Assembly: GCF_006345805.1 (NCBI RefSeq)
Contig: NC_043002.1
Span: 52,576,001 to 52,640,000 of the forward strand
DNA: 64,000 bases
Reading direction: 5' to 3'
DNA from: Octopus sinensis
Lineage: Eukaryota
The notes below the pieces were generated by a model. It was not told the DNA's origin, did no database searches, and saw only the letters and a program-made list of their open reading frames with translations. Every line of letters starts with the position of its first letter. Within the stretch, counting starts at the first letter, position 1. Shown here piece after piece: positions 29,636 through 42,779 of the stretch. A program made the position numbers and the translations under genes.

Positions 29636-29850
29636 TCGTTTCTAATCTAGGCACAACGCCCGAAAGTTTTAGGGAAGGAGGCTAGTCGATTAGATCGATG
29701 CCAGTACGCAACTGGTGCTTAATTTATCGACCCAGAAAAGATGAAAGGCAAAGTCGACCTCAGGGGAATTTGAACTCAGAACGTAAAAACACACGAAATA
29801 CCGCTAAGCATTTCGCCCGGTGTGCTAACGTTTCTGCCAAGCTCGCCGCC
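29636..29850 (-). mobile_element. SINE family B, short-tail variant, with TSD
   Basis: Reverse-complement match to family B; TSD aataa[c/a]tccgaaata at 29620-29634 and 29853-29867. Confidence 0.85.
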
Positions 29851-29871
29851 TTAATAAATCCGAAATACTAT

Positions 29872-30090
29872 TTATCTTTCATTTTTTTACTTGTTACAGT
29901 TATTGGACTGCGACCATTCTGGAGTACAGCCTTGAAGGGTTTAGTCGAACAAATCGACCCCAATACATTTTTTAACCTGTTACTTATTCTTTCGTTTTGT
30001 TTTGACGACTCGCTACATTACGAGGACGTAAACAAACCAACATGTCAAACAGAGGATGGGAACAAATTCAAGCATAAATACACACACATA
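29872..30090 (-). mobile_element. SINE family A 3' half, degenerate
   Basis: ttttacttgttacagttattggactgcgacc...gtcgaacaaatcgacccc is the reverse complement of the family A tail. Confidence 0.75.
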
Positions 30091-30139
30091 GACATATTCA
30101 CACACAACTATATATATGACTTAAACAAGTAAGATATAA

Positions 30140-30225
<86 letters not shown>

Positions 30226-30226
<1 letters not shown>

Positions 30227-31493
30227 GAGGGGCGTTCAATAAGTAATGCCCCTGACCCACTTCCCAAAGCAGTAGAGCAACGAAACTTGGCACATTTATT
30301 AGTCCATTTCTACATAGGAACCACCCAGAGTTACGCATTTCTCCAATCGTTTGATGCAGCTCTGGAGACCGTTTTTGTAGAAGACCCCAGCTTGGTCCTC
30401 CAACCACGACGTGACTTCAGAAATCAAGGCTGCATCATCTGGGAAACGCTTTCCTTTCAAAAGCAACTTCATGGCTGGGAAGAGGTGAAAATCAGAGGGT
30501 GCAAGGTCAGGAGAATAGGGGGTGGGGAAGGAGTTCATAGCCGCACGCCTGTGCTTCTGATCTGGTGACACGCGAGTTGTGGACCGGAGCGTTGTCCTGC
30601 AGGAGGAGGATACCTTTTCTGATCTTGCCTCGCCTCTTGATTTTGATAGCTTCTCTTAATTTCCTCAAAAGTGAAGCATAATAGGCTCCTGTAATCGTGG
30701 TACCCTTTGCCAGGAAATCTGTCATCACTACTCCGTCCTGGTCCCAGAAGACTGTGGGCGTGACCTTGCCAGCGGAGGGCTGCACCCTTGCCTTCTTTGG
30801 AGGAGGTGAGTCACGGTGCTTCCACTGCATTGACTGGGCTTTGGTTTCTAGATCATAGTGATGGACCCAGGTTTCATCCTGTGTAATCAGTCTTTTGAAA
30901 AACTTTTACTCATCTTCTTGGCACATCTCCAAATTCATCCTCGAGCCCTCGACGCGTTCTTGCTTCTGGAAAGGTGTGAGCAACCTGGAAATCCATCTGG
31001 AAGACACCTTTTGCATATGCAAATGGTCATGAATGATAGTTTCCACAGACCCGGAACTAATCTTGACCTCATGAGCTATTTGGCGACTAGTTATGCATCG
31101 ATCTTCCAAAATGGCAGCCTCAACTTGACGGACAGATGCCTCATCAATGGCAGAAGGGGTGCGACCAGATCTGGCAGCTGTTTCCACAGAGTTCCGAAAA
31201 TGTTTGAATTCACAATGCCAGCATTTTACAAGGTCATATGATGGGGAATCATCACCATAAGTTACTTTCATTTCATCAAAAGTCTCCTGCGTCCTTTCAA
31301 ATACGAAAACCGGATCACTGCTCGACACTCAACAGGCTCCATTTCACACTTGACTCAGTTCAAACACCTGTAAATCTGAAAACAATAGTTTGCTACTTTA
31401 TCTATAGAGATATAAATAATTGCACATGCAAAATTTCAGCTAGATCAAACAACTACAAGTGGGTCAGAGGCATTACTTATTGAACGTCCCTCG
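30226..31493 (-). mobile_element. Full-length mariner (DD34D, irritans-like) DNA transposon
   Basis: TIRs cgagg(g)gcgttcaataagtaatgcccctgacccactt and its reverse complement at 31457-31493; TA on both sides; length 1268 bp. Confidence 0.95.
30299..31345 (-). pseudogene. Frameshifted mariner transposase
   Basis: Split ORFs carry WISRLL (WVPREL-like), DETWVHHYD, LLLQDNAPVH and PYSPDLAPSDFHLF. Confidence 0.92.
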
Positions 31494-32492
31494 TATATAT
31501 ATATATACACACACAACATTTATGTATATTTTATTAGGGGAAAAGTTTGTTTTTGTATAAATACTTAGACTTTGGGGTGCAGTCTTAACCCATCTCACCG
31601 TTTAACACTACCGCTTTGCCCTTGGGTACTTTAATCGAACCTTCTTCCACCTCACATTGTAAGTATTGGGGCAATGTCTCCTGTTTCTGAGGATATGAAC
31701 ATATTCTTCACGGCGGATCCCGCAAAGGATATGAGAAGAACTCTTTCTGCCTTTCCTAATGCCTGAGATGTAATTTTTAAAATGCACCAAGCAGAAAGAT
31801 TGTTGATAGCCAAAAGCACAAGTTACAGAGAAAATGAGGGGAAAAATCTATTTAATTAGACAATGGAGAGAAAGATAAAAAGAGAGAGTAAGAGATCATT
31901 GAGTGGAAGATGATTACTTCGACCATTGTTTTTAGGATCAGTCTACAACCATCGTGCAATGGGTGTTCGTGTGTGTCTGTGCATGTGTGTTTTGTATGTA
32001 TGTGCGTGTATGTACTCTCTTAACACTAAGCACTTTGTAAAAACAATTCTCTTATAATATCACATTAGTCGTACTAACTTCTCAAGAAATGTTTTGCTTT
32101 CTATAATTTACTCTACTAGAGATATGAACTAAAAAAAATAAAGATGCCGAATACGCCATTCATCACTCTCTCTAAGAATAAAGTAAAGGCTCGTTTGGCA
32201 ACTGACAGATAAAAAAGACTCCATTTAAAGCTCGGTTTCCATCGCAACCTAAACACACACCTCAAATTTGTTTGTTGTCGTTGTTGTGGCTGCTGTTGTT
32301 GTTTTTGTTGTTGTTTCCTGTTTGTATTTGATAATGTTCTGAAACCGTTATCTTAATGGTGCTTCCTTTCTCTGCTTTCCTTTCTTTTTATTTTTCTTTG
32401 TTTTTTTTTTTGTATCTATTCATAAATGTATTTTTAGATCTCTCTCCACCTCCCTTTCTCTCTTTCTTCTTTCTCTCTCTCTCACTCTCTCT

Positions 32493-32554
<62 letters not shown>

Positions 32555-33381
32555 TGTTCCTAAAGCATGAGTTTAGTGATTTGATACAAAAACTACCCGG
32601 AATTTGTATATAAAAAGAGCAAATTGTTTTGAAGTAGAGCATAACGAGTGAAAAGGAAGACAGACAGATCGACGGAAACAGAGGGATAACGTGAGAGAAG
32701 TGGATGAGAAAGGCGAGAGAGGAGGAGAGGGAGGGAAAGACGGAGTGAGTGAAATAAAGAACGAGAGAGAAAGTGAAACACTAAGGCAGAGAAGAAGTAA
32801 ATCGTAAGTGAAGGCAGAGAAATAGATGAAGAGGAAAATAGAAAGATAGACAGACAAACAGATTGACGGGGATAGAGTGAGTGATACAGGGAAGGAGATG
32901 GATGGAAAATGAGAGTGAGAGAGACTGACTGAGTGAAAAACAGAACGAGAGAGAAAGAGAATTAATAAGACTGAGACCTGCATTATGAGTGAAGACAGAG
33001 GAATAGAAACAGAGGAAAATTAGGAGACAGACAGACAGACAGACGGATAATCAGACAGATAGACAAACAGAGGTGGAGAGGGTGAAAGAGGAAGAGAAAG
33101 AAACGGAGAAGGTAGGAATATAGATGCTAGAATGATAGACACAGTCAGAGAATGCTTTCATATTAATCTTTTACTTAGATATACTATTACTCTGCATCAA
33201 GTATCGGTTTTATGATTTCTGCTGATTACATGTATTCTAGCAAGTAATTTACCAATGATGATACATGCAACCAACTTGCTACAAACACTAAAGCAGGACC
33301 ATATGGAACGAGGAGTGAGATGTGTGTTGCATCTGTGATGGTTATGTATCTTTACAGGGGTCTGTGCGTCTGTGCCATATG

Positions 33382-33412
<31 letters not shown>

Positions 33413-33434
33413 CATACATACATACATACATACA

Positions 33435-33469
<35 letters not shown>

Positions 33470-33484
33470 GTATGCATGTATTAT

Positions 33485-33742
33485 TTTTTCTTTTACTTGT
33501 TTCAGTCATTTGATGGTGGGGGACAAACGTAAATACATACATACACACATAAATACACACATACATACATATTTATATACGACGGGCTTCTTTCAGTTTC
33601 CCTCTACCAAATGCACTTCCAAGGTTTTTGGTTGGCTCGAGACTATAGTATGAGATAATTGCCCAAGGTGCCACGCAGTTGGACTGAACCCGAAACCATG
33701 TGGTTTGTGGTTTGTAAGCAGTCTTCTTACCACACAGTCACC
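33485..33742 (-). mobile_element. SINE family A, internally deleted
   Basis: gacgggcttctttcagtttcc...gcccaaggtgccacgcagt...gaacccgaaaccatgtgg is the reverse complement of the family A head. Confidence 0.8.
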
Positions 33743-34145
33743 AATATATATGTGTGTGTGTGTATTAATTTGGTTTGTGCCCATCATTTTAACATTTTTC
33801 CAAGCTTCCAGAAATCAGCGTGGTTAATCTTCTTCTTCAGAGTTTTTGTAAGAGAAGCGTGTATAGGGACGATGGTCATACCAGGGGGTAAACGATCCGA
33901 AGATAACGGACTCAGCATAGGGGGCTTCGGCTGGGCCTGTGGGTTAATATAATACACGTGGCAAACCGAGGAGAGACAAATGGACACAGAGTAACTGGCT
34001 GGGAGTAATACCAAACCAGTCACTTGCAAAAAGTGGAAGCTAATGTTGTAATAGGAATAAAAGCAGAGGGAAGAATCCACGCGTCGGCAATTCAAAGGCT
34101 GCAGTTTATACACACGCACACACACAATGTGTGTGTATGTGTGTG

Positions 34146-34206
<61 letters not shown>

Positions 34207-35495
34207 TCTATTTCAACTGCGAAAGGCAAATTCACTGCAGTTCTGTGAGAAAAAATTCTCTCTTATGGTAAAAAGGTGTAAAATCTCCATATCTGTCTAG
34301 TGCTGTCACCTGTCGGATACACAGACATCGGTGTTTCTAGCTTTTTAGTCCTTATCAATGGGTAATATCGAAGAGAGATAACTCTGGAAACACCTGATCA
34401 AGCCGTGGCTTTAATTAAAATACAGTCAACAACATTCACTGATTTGCGCCGGTAGACTGCCAAGGTCGTGAAAATTACAGTAATATCAGTACCAAGCAGT
34501 ATTTAGGAATAGGCGAATAGTAGGTTAGTTACAATATGTTTGTGACGTATTTCAACTGCTACAGGCAAATTACTGCAGTTACCGTCATTTTTTTTCTCTA
34601 GAGTATTTTTCTGCAGTGTATTTGCCTTTAGCAGTTGAAATACGTCACAAACATATTTTAAATAACTTAAATTTCGCATACATACACACACACATACACA
34701 AATATTCTATTTAATTTAAGAAAACTCTCTAGTCACAGGCAGTGCACAACATTCCTACAGGTTCTCGGTGCTATGGTGTTATCTGTAAACAAATTAGACA
34801 ATATATACTTATATATTTAATGCACGCGCGCGTGTGTGTAACAGAATATTTGTTGCAAGGTAATTCTTGTATATCTAAATCGATCAGTGTGTGCTCACCT
34901 CATCAGCCATTGTTGCACCAAAGCTAGTTGCTCGTTTAGCTATACAGTATATAGCAGTTATGAATGGACTGATGGTGTTATATAAAAAAAAAGTCTCTTG
35001 AAGTGTATGTTATGCACACTCAGTTCCTCAACAGCACTACTTTCAAAATAGATTTGTTCGATGTCCCGAATAAAATACACAATTGCATTCTTTTGTTGAA
35101 CCAATATACAAATGTAGAAATATCTATTCCAAAGCGAGCATTTCGTGAATCACTATTGGCAGTTACGAGAACATGTCTTTTTCTTCAGATCCACTGAATC
35201 AATCGATGAGTTTATTTTGCTCACTTCTCTCGCTCTCTTGTCTTAGTTTCTCGCTTTCCATAGCTTTTCCTTTCTCGCTCTCTCCGCCTCTCTCCCTTTT
35301 CTTGAAAAATAAAAACAAAAGGCTAACAGAAAGTGAAACTAAAAAGAATACACAATATTTCGAGTTACATTTATTGAAGAGGTGATTTTTCCCCAACATG
35401 TATATATAGACACGTGCACGAGGCATTAGCCGTGTATATATATGCATATATATATAATATATATATATATACATACATATATATAAATACATATC

Positions 35496-35564
<69 letters not shown>

Positions 35565-36483
35565 TATATGTATGTTTGTATGTATGTATGTATGTATAAA
35601 GAGAGACAGACAAACAGACAGACAGATTCATACCGGAAACTAGTAATTCTGATCATTAAGAGGTTTCTCTTACATTCTTTGAGATAACAGAAAGTACCAT
35701 ATCTTCAATACAGTTACATTTTATTTACTCTATTTTCAACTCTTTGTTGTGGATTTTTGTATACTTTTTATTCCACGACACACATACATACATACATACA
35801 TACATACACATACATACATACATACATATATATGTGTGTGTGTGTGTGAATAATATATTTATGTGTGGGTGTAAGTATGTATGTATGTATATATATATGT
35901 GTATGATGTATTATGTATGTATGTATGAATATATGTATGTATGTATGTATGTATGTACATATATGTATTCATAACTAGGCCATTAATCAACAAAGAGAAT
36001 GCCATAATTATAGGAATAGATGTACAATTCAGGAAATTACCCGAATGTCCTGCATGTTTCTAAGAAAAAAATATACGTTTACTCAGCCGTTTTATTATAT
36101 CTGTTGGTCTTCATTGCAGTCTCCTTTTCAATCTCAGTCTTTATGTTTCATATTCTATATGTCTTCCGTTCCATTAGCTAGTATTATCACCTAAAATAAC
36201 TATGGCAAGTATTACATCCATGAACATACACACACATTTACACATTTACATATGAAGAAACATACTTACGCACACACAGACTCAATGCGTACATACACGT
36301 ACATTTGTAGAAATATGCCTGAGCGTATATATGTTTATTATATGTATGTATGTGAGTGTATACGTCTCAGTATGTTTTCAGTATTGCTATATTTTATATT
36401 TATTTGGTTTTCTTAAATGTGTGTGTGTGTAGTACCGTTGTATTTAAATATACTTATGCATATATATATGTGTGTGTGTGTGT

Positions 36484-36880
36484 ATTAGAAAAAAAAAACA
36501 CCTTTTATCAATTCAAAATGAACAATTAAATTACACCATCTAGAAAATTACATATAATAGAAATATTAAATATAAAATAACAACAATATACCGATGATTA
36601 AGTAATGTGCAAATAATAATTAAAACGTATATATACCAAATATATACGTTCTATTTATTATTTTGCACATTACTTAATCATTGGTATATTATTGATATTT
36701 TACATTTAATATTTCTATTATATGTAATTTTCTAGATGGTGTAATTTAATTGTTCATTTTGAATTGATTAAAGGTGGTTTTCTAATTTTTATATATATAT
36801 TATATTTTGTGAAATTTGATTTAGTATTTCTAAATTGAATTTTTCCCTGTAAGTTAGGAATAATATTCCCTCAAATTATT
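36484..36880. mobile_element. Fold-back element: ~150-bp inverted arms (centre ~36637) plus ~95-nt unpaired tail
   Basis: Left arm 36484-36634 is the reverse complement of 36640-36786 with scattered mismatches; tail ttttccctgta..ttccct resembles 4092-4125. Confidence 0.8.
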
Positions 36881-36900
36881 ATATATATATATATATATAT

Positions 36901-37793
36901 GTATCAAGATTATATATAAAAAATACAAAATGGGACGCGGCGTAACGTACACCTTGTTCCCTTATGTATGTAAACATCTCCACCATTGTACGACTTCTAC
37001 ACACTTTCTCTATACCTCAATGTTCTCTCTTTCTCTTTTCTTGCCTCTGATTCTTTGGTCTCCTCTTCCCCCACTCTCTCACATTTCTCTGTCTTTCTCA
37101 CTTTGCACCACTGATTCTGTTGCCAAGCCAATATTTGGCGGGCTTTGTTTCTTCGCCCTCTTTCTTCCCCCTCTTTCATTTATTCTTTCTCTCTCTCTCC
37201 CTCCCTCCCCCTTGGTGCCTTTGTCCATCTTTTTCTCTCTCTCTTTGATTCCTTTGTCCCCTGGTTTTTTTCTCTCTCTTCTTTTCTACTCTCACGTGAC
37301 CTGATGGTCAACTAGTCTTTCCGCCGTTGACCGCTGCCGCAAAGGCATTTATTTCAAAATACGCCAGCTAAGATAAGTTAAATTGTCTAAAGTCGTAAGA
37401 CACCCGCTGTTTTTGTCCTGTTATTACCATTCTCGTTTTAATTTTATTTTTGCTTTTTGTATTTATATTCGTGTGGCATCGTCCGTTTTTCTGTCCTTGT
37501 TTCATATACATTCGATCCTTTTTCCAAGAAATCTAATGCTCGCAGCTTAGTTTTTCCTTGGGGCTGGCCGGATCGGAGCGATATCAGGATTAATCAGCCG
37601 AAATTTGCTAGGATGATCCGGTTCCTGACTGAAGATTAGAGGCTTCGAATGACCCGTCCGTTTTTTATGCCGTCTCTTTGTGTATTTTGCGTTCTTGTCC
37701 CATTTTGTATTTTTTTATATATAATCTTTATACAGATATTATTGCGGCGTAACGCAATAATAATATTGCGGCGTAACGTACACCTTGTTCCCT

Positions 37794-37796
<3 letters not shown>
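36901..37796 (+). mobile_element. Non-autonomous Penelope-like insertion with inverted 5' piece and short direct repeat
   Basis: 36901-36936 is the inverse of 37697-37733; gcggcgtaacgtacaccttgttcccttat occurs at 36937-36965 and 37768-37796; (TA)n on both flanks. Confidence 0.65.
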
Positions 37797-37818
<22 letters not shown>

Positions 37819-37824
<6 letters not shown>

Positions 37825-38133
37825 ATCACATGATCACGTGACCGACCAGACAATCAGATGTTGCTACACATCGCTGGTCACAATGCGTTTGCATTGTTTT
37901 AGCCTTCGAATGACGCCACCCCGCTGGCTAAGCGAGCAGGCCAACAGAAGAAAGAGTGAGAGAAAGAGTGGTGAAAGAGTACAGCAGGGATCACCACCAT
38001 CCCCTGCCGGAGCCTCGTGGAGCTTTTAGGTGTTTTCGCTCACTAAACACACACAACGCCCGGTCTGGGAATCGAAACCGCGATCCTCCGACCGCGAGTC
38101 CGCTGCCCTAACCACTGGGCCATTGCGCCTCCA
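37819..38133 (-). mobile_element. tRNA-derived SINE family D, tail type 1
   Basis: Minus: ggaggcgcaatggcccagtggttagggcagcggactcgcggtc...gtttcgattcccagaccgggcg; head nearly identical to 47247-47636. Confidence 0.9.
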
Positions 38134-38177
<44 letters not shown>

Positions 38178-38195
38178 TATATATATATATATATT

Positions 38196-38239
<44 letters not shown>

Positions 38240-38430
38240 ATATATATTATATATATATATATTATATATATATATATAGGTTATGTTTAAAATTAAAGTT
38301 TATATACAAACTTTAAAATGTAGTATCCAAACCTTATTTTGGGTATGTCGCTAGTAGTGTGCCTTGAGAGTACGTTCACTACATACAGCTACAGTGCGTC
38401 ATCAGGTACATACAGCTACAAGGCGTCATG

Positions 38431-38489
<59 letters not shown>

Positions 38490-38506
<17 letters not shown>

Positions 38507-39005
38507 TGTAGTTGTGTGAGTGTCTGTCCCCTTCGATTTTAGATTCCTAACTACTCCCACATTTTGCGGTGCAGTTTAACCAAATTCGGGTATCTTATAG
38601 ACGTGATTCATATCGAGCCCGTCTGAGTATTAGCGCGCGTCTACGATGAGTCTACGATTTTTAAAATAATTTAACATCATTTTTTTATTCCATTTTAATG
38701 CATAATTTTTCGTGTGTCGATGGCGGCGGAGTTGGCGTCCATGGTCACACCTGCACCTGTTTGCTTCTACCCCTTCTTCCCTCCCTCGTGAAGCTGTGGG
38801 GAAGGGAGTGTAAGGAAATCAACGTCGTAAAGCGTTGTCAAGGAGGCCAGCATTCTTTTAGAACAACGATTTCATGGCTTGAAGACACCAAAACAGAAAT
38901 GGCTAAGAAAGCCCGAATTGGCATCTATAAGGGAAGTAACTCTCTAAAAATGTTTATATAGTTATTTCCCTTACAAACCCGAGCAACGCCGGGAGATACT
39001 ACTAG
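38490..39005 (+). mobile_element. Non-autonomous Helitron
   Basis: 5' (ta)n-AAAA...gtgtctgtc start; 3' hairpin cccgagc-aac-gccggg at 38978-38993, followed by CTAG at 39002-39005 and a T. Confidence 0.8.
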
Positions 39006-39054
<49 letters not shown>

Positions 39055-39062
39055 GAGTTACA

Positions 39063-40140
39063 CACAGAGACTAACCCTCGACTGAATGGCTCAATCGGGA
39101 GATGTTAAAGCCGTAAGACCGTTAAATCGAACGCAATCAAGCAATCGCACTCATTTTTATCGTTTTTATGTAAAAACATAGCTTCAAAAGTCAAATAAAC
39201 TACTGCGCAATATAAAGTCATAAATTAAAGAATATGTCATCATTATTTTCTTTTTAGACTCTAACCTTGATGAGAGTTTTGCCGTAATGATTTTGCAAGT
39301 GCAGTAGTGTTTATTTAAAACCTGGATGTAGAAGTGATGCGAAATCCTCTGTTTCGGGTGTTTCGGAAATATGGCCGACCGGTGGGACCAATGTTCGTTT
39401 GCATATATAGACAGCCGCTGGAAACAAAAGCGGAGTAAGAGTCGGTGAAGTTAGTTTCAAGAAAGTGTCCACTTATTTGCCATTCTAACGTTATTTTTGT
39501 GTAATGGTCGCCTAGAACTGCGAAGAATTTTCATGATATACAACCTCAAGATCAGTTGTTCTCCCTTTGTGGTGAATGGCGATATTCATGAGATTCCTCA
39601 TTTCAAACAGTGTTGGTTTTTGTCCGTGTTAGTGTAATTTCATAAATATGTGCTATTGTTTCTGCTCTGCTATATAAAACTTCATTCACAGTTTTTTACA
39701 TCAGCGATTTGATAACCAGGAATGTTTTCATTATTTTCAAGTAACACCTGAACATCATCTCAGGCAGTTTTCCATTTGACAGAATTTACAAAGAAGTGCT
39801 AAATGTATTTAACCTCAAATACTTCAAACTTTAAAATGGGTCCAATGTTATATAGTAACTTTCACCCATTTGCCCAAAGTTGTAGACGTCATCTAACCAC
39901 AGCAAAGCGATAAGGGAATGCTTAATGCTCGTAGCGTCTGAAGTGGTTTATATTTTTTCGGTATTTTTGCCGTCCTCCAACACACCAATTATTTCCATCA
40001 AAATTATTCTCGTAGAATTTCTTATATGGTAGAAGTATTTCCTGGTTCAAGGGTTACTGAAAATATGCTCGGAGGCAAAAAAAAAATTGACATTTAATTC
40101 TGATATTCCTATTAAATAATTTCCCGGTATAAGGTTGAGC
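39063..40140 (-). pseudogene. Degenerate pogo/Tigger-like DDE transposase remnant (tentative)
   Basis: Broken minus-strand frames give FFLPPSIFS..LEPG.TSTI and TTL.NGW-like motifs, resembling the FLPPNTTS..QP.DQG region. Confidence 0.4.
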
Positions 40141-40189
40141 AGGTGAGCCGTCAAGTCACAACAATGCTTTAGCAATATTCGTTTGAAAG

Positions 40190-40492
40190 GTTGGCACAAG
40201 GTCAGCAATTTCAGTCGATTATATCGACCCCAGTGTTCAACTGGTACTTATTTTATCGACCCCGAAATGATGAAGGTAAAGTGATCTCTGCAGAATTTGA
40301 ACTCAGAACGTAGAGACGCACGAAATACCGTTAATCATTTTGCCTGGCTTGATAACGATTCTACCAGATCACTGCTGTAAAGGATGAAAAGCAAGGTCGA
40401 CCACGGTAGAATGTGAACTCAGAATGTAAAGACGAGCGAAAAGTTGCTAAGCATTTTGTACGTAACGGTAACGATTCTGCCAGCTCGCCGCT
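40190..40492 (-). mobile_element. SINE family B, partial dimer
   Basis: Two successive reverse-complement units (ggatgaaa...gaactcagaa...ctgccagctcgccg). Confidence 0.8.
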
Positions 40493-41253
40493 TTAACAAT
40501 ATTTGATGGAAACTTCAGAACATATGTTTGGCGAACCTCACATCAGGAGCAAAGTAGGTAGAAAAACATTCAGACCTATACATACGCATGTCCATGATCC
40601 AGTGCATACAAACACGTATTCGTTCACACATACCCGGATAAATTGGTAACACGCATAGTTTACCCCCACCACCCCCACCACCCCCACCACCTCACTACTA
40701 TGCATTTCAAATCATTATCTTACTTCATATACGTCTTAAACTTACTTTACTTTAAACTTAACATTTCAACTCTCCGCCTTTCTGTATTGAACCAGCGTAG
40801 GAGCCTCTTCACTATACTCGATAGGCTAAACATAACAGTCAAACGTCTTTCGAATCACAAACTAACGTCTTTAAATAAACGGACACGTTGAATAAATTGA
40901 CTGCCAGAAATCCAAAAATACGTGATGGGCACGGTCGGAAAATCCTTGACGATAGTACTGATCGATCAGATAAGATTCACTGTGAAACATTGACACTACA
41001 AACTTTCAGTTTATTTTTCTTGCGGTACACATTCAATTTCCTAACTCTAAGATACTTTTCATGTACTCCTCTTACCATTTTTCTCTTTATTCTTTGCAAT
41101 CTCACTCCCGTTCTATCGTTCTCTCCTTCCTTCCTTCTCTCCCTCTCTCTCTCTCTCTCACTCTCTCTATCTCTTGTTCGCTCGCTCTGGCTCTCTCTCT
41201 CTCTCTCTCTCTCTCTCACGCACACACACACGCTCGCTTTTTCTCACACACTC

Positions 41254-41300
<47 letters not shown>

Positions 41301-42779
41301 CTCCCTTTCTCTCTCTTGTACGAAGTCTCCTTCAATTCATCACACTCACGCACATACTCTGACCACCTTACTCTCTTTTACTAATCATGCTAATAGCATT
41401 GCTTCTTTTCTCCGATATTTTTTCTTATTTCTTGTCTTTGCTATTGTTGCTTTCCCCTCCTTTCTAGAATATGCTTCGTTTCCTTCTCTCTTCCATATTA
41501 CTCTACGAGAGTTCTTTTCTCTCCTCTATCTCCCCCGTCTATCCCGTCTTTCTCTCCTTCTCTTTCTCTCTCTCTCTCTCTCTAGCTCATATATCGGTAT
41601 ATATGTTTCTGTAGATCAATGTATGTACGTGTTTGCGTGTGGCGTAAGCATTAGTATTAGGTTAAGTACCAAGGTAAGAAAATTGCCTGTTTATTCATGG
41701 TTACTGTAGCGGAAGTGAACTAGAAATAAATCTTTGAAAATAACGTCAACTTTTACTTGAAGGCCATCTTGTTATTTTACGAAATGGGTAACGTATAATT
41801 TTGTATTTTGTGCGCCTGTGCGTAGAGAAATTATATGTAGTGGTCTAATGGTAAACGTATGAAGATGTTTGTTCCAGCGATAAAATAGACTTTCTTACAT
41901 ACTACTTGCATACAAATACGCATATTATACGTAGAAACACATGCGCACATATGTGTGTGTAGAGAGACAGTGAAAGAGAAAGAGAGAGAAAGAGTGAGAG
42001 AGAAAGCAGGAAGTAGAGGAAGAGAGAGAGAGATTGGTGAATGCGCATATCTATATATGTATACATGAGAGAAAGAGAAAATGAAATTCACGAGACTCTT
42101 TATTAATCACTATGATCGTTTCGACCCATCGTTCATTGGTCCGGGTGAGATTCTGTACAAATAGTTGTGATGCATCATTCGGTTCAAACGTGCCTCGACA
42201 GCTGACTTGTCAAAGGGTACCGAGTTCTGTGATCTCTGTTCTGCTTATTTCGATTAGAATACATTTCGGTATTTGCATGTAGCATCCTTCTCTCCCTCTC
42301 CCCTCTCTCTCCATATATATGTGTGTGTGTGTGTGTGTCTGTGTCTGTGAGTGTTTGTGTGTGTGTGTGTCTGTGTGTGTCTGTCTGTCTGTCTATGTGT
42401 GTGTCTGTCTATGTGTGTGAGTATGCGTGGGGGTGTAATATGACCAGATTGATCACGCATTAAATACAGAGTCTAAAAACAAACTTTAATATAAGGTTTT
42501 ATAATAATTACTATTCCATTTTTTATTCTAGAATATATCAAGGACCAAATTATCCAATGTCGCCTTATATTTGTAGTATTGGAATGAAATTTCTGACAAG
42601 CTGAGCGTTCATGGAAAGGATTTCTGGTTGGTTCTGGAGTTTGGGGAAGCAAAATTAGTTTGGTCTGTTTATTTTTTTGTTATTTGATTGATCTGAAAGA
42701 AAGACCTGTGTTCATGGCCAGCATAAATCCTTTCTTGAAATATGACTGGTGAGAGAGATGTGTTCATCGTCCCTGTCGA

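Noticed and set aside
38365-38410. Hammerhead on the minus strand (CTGATGA...GAACGTA)
   Set aside because: Lacks the full GAAA, and stem I does not pair; at best a decayed copy.
40888-41709. 273-aa ORF
   Set aside because: Stays open only because of CT/CA/TATC repeats; no recognisable motifs.
42108-42225. GAAAC-gatc-ATA half hammerhead on the minus strand
   Set aside because: No CUGANGA core found at a compatible position.
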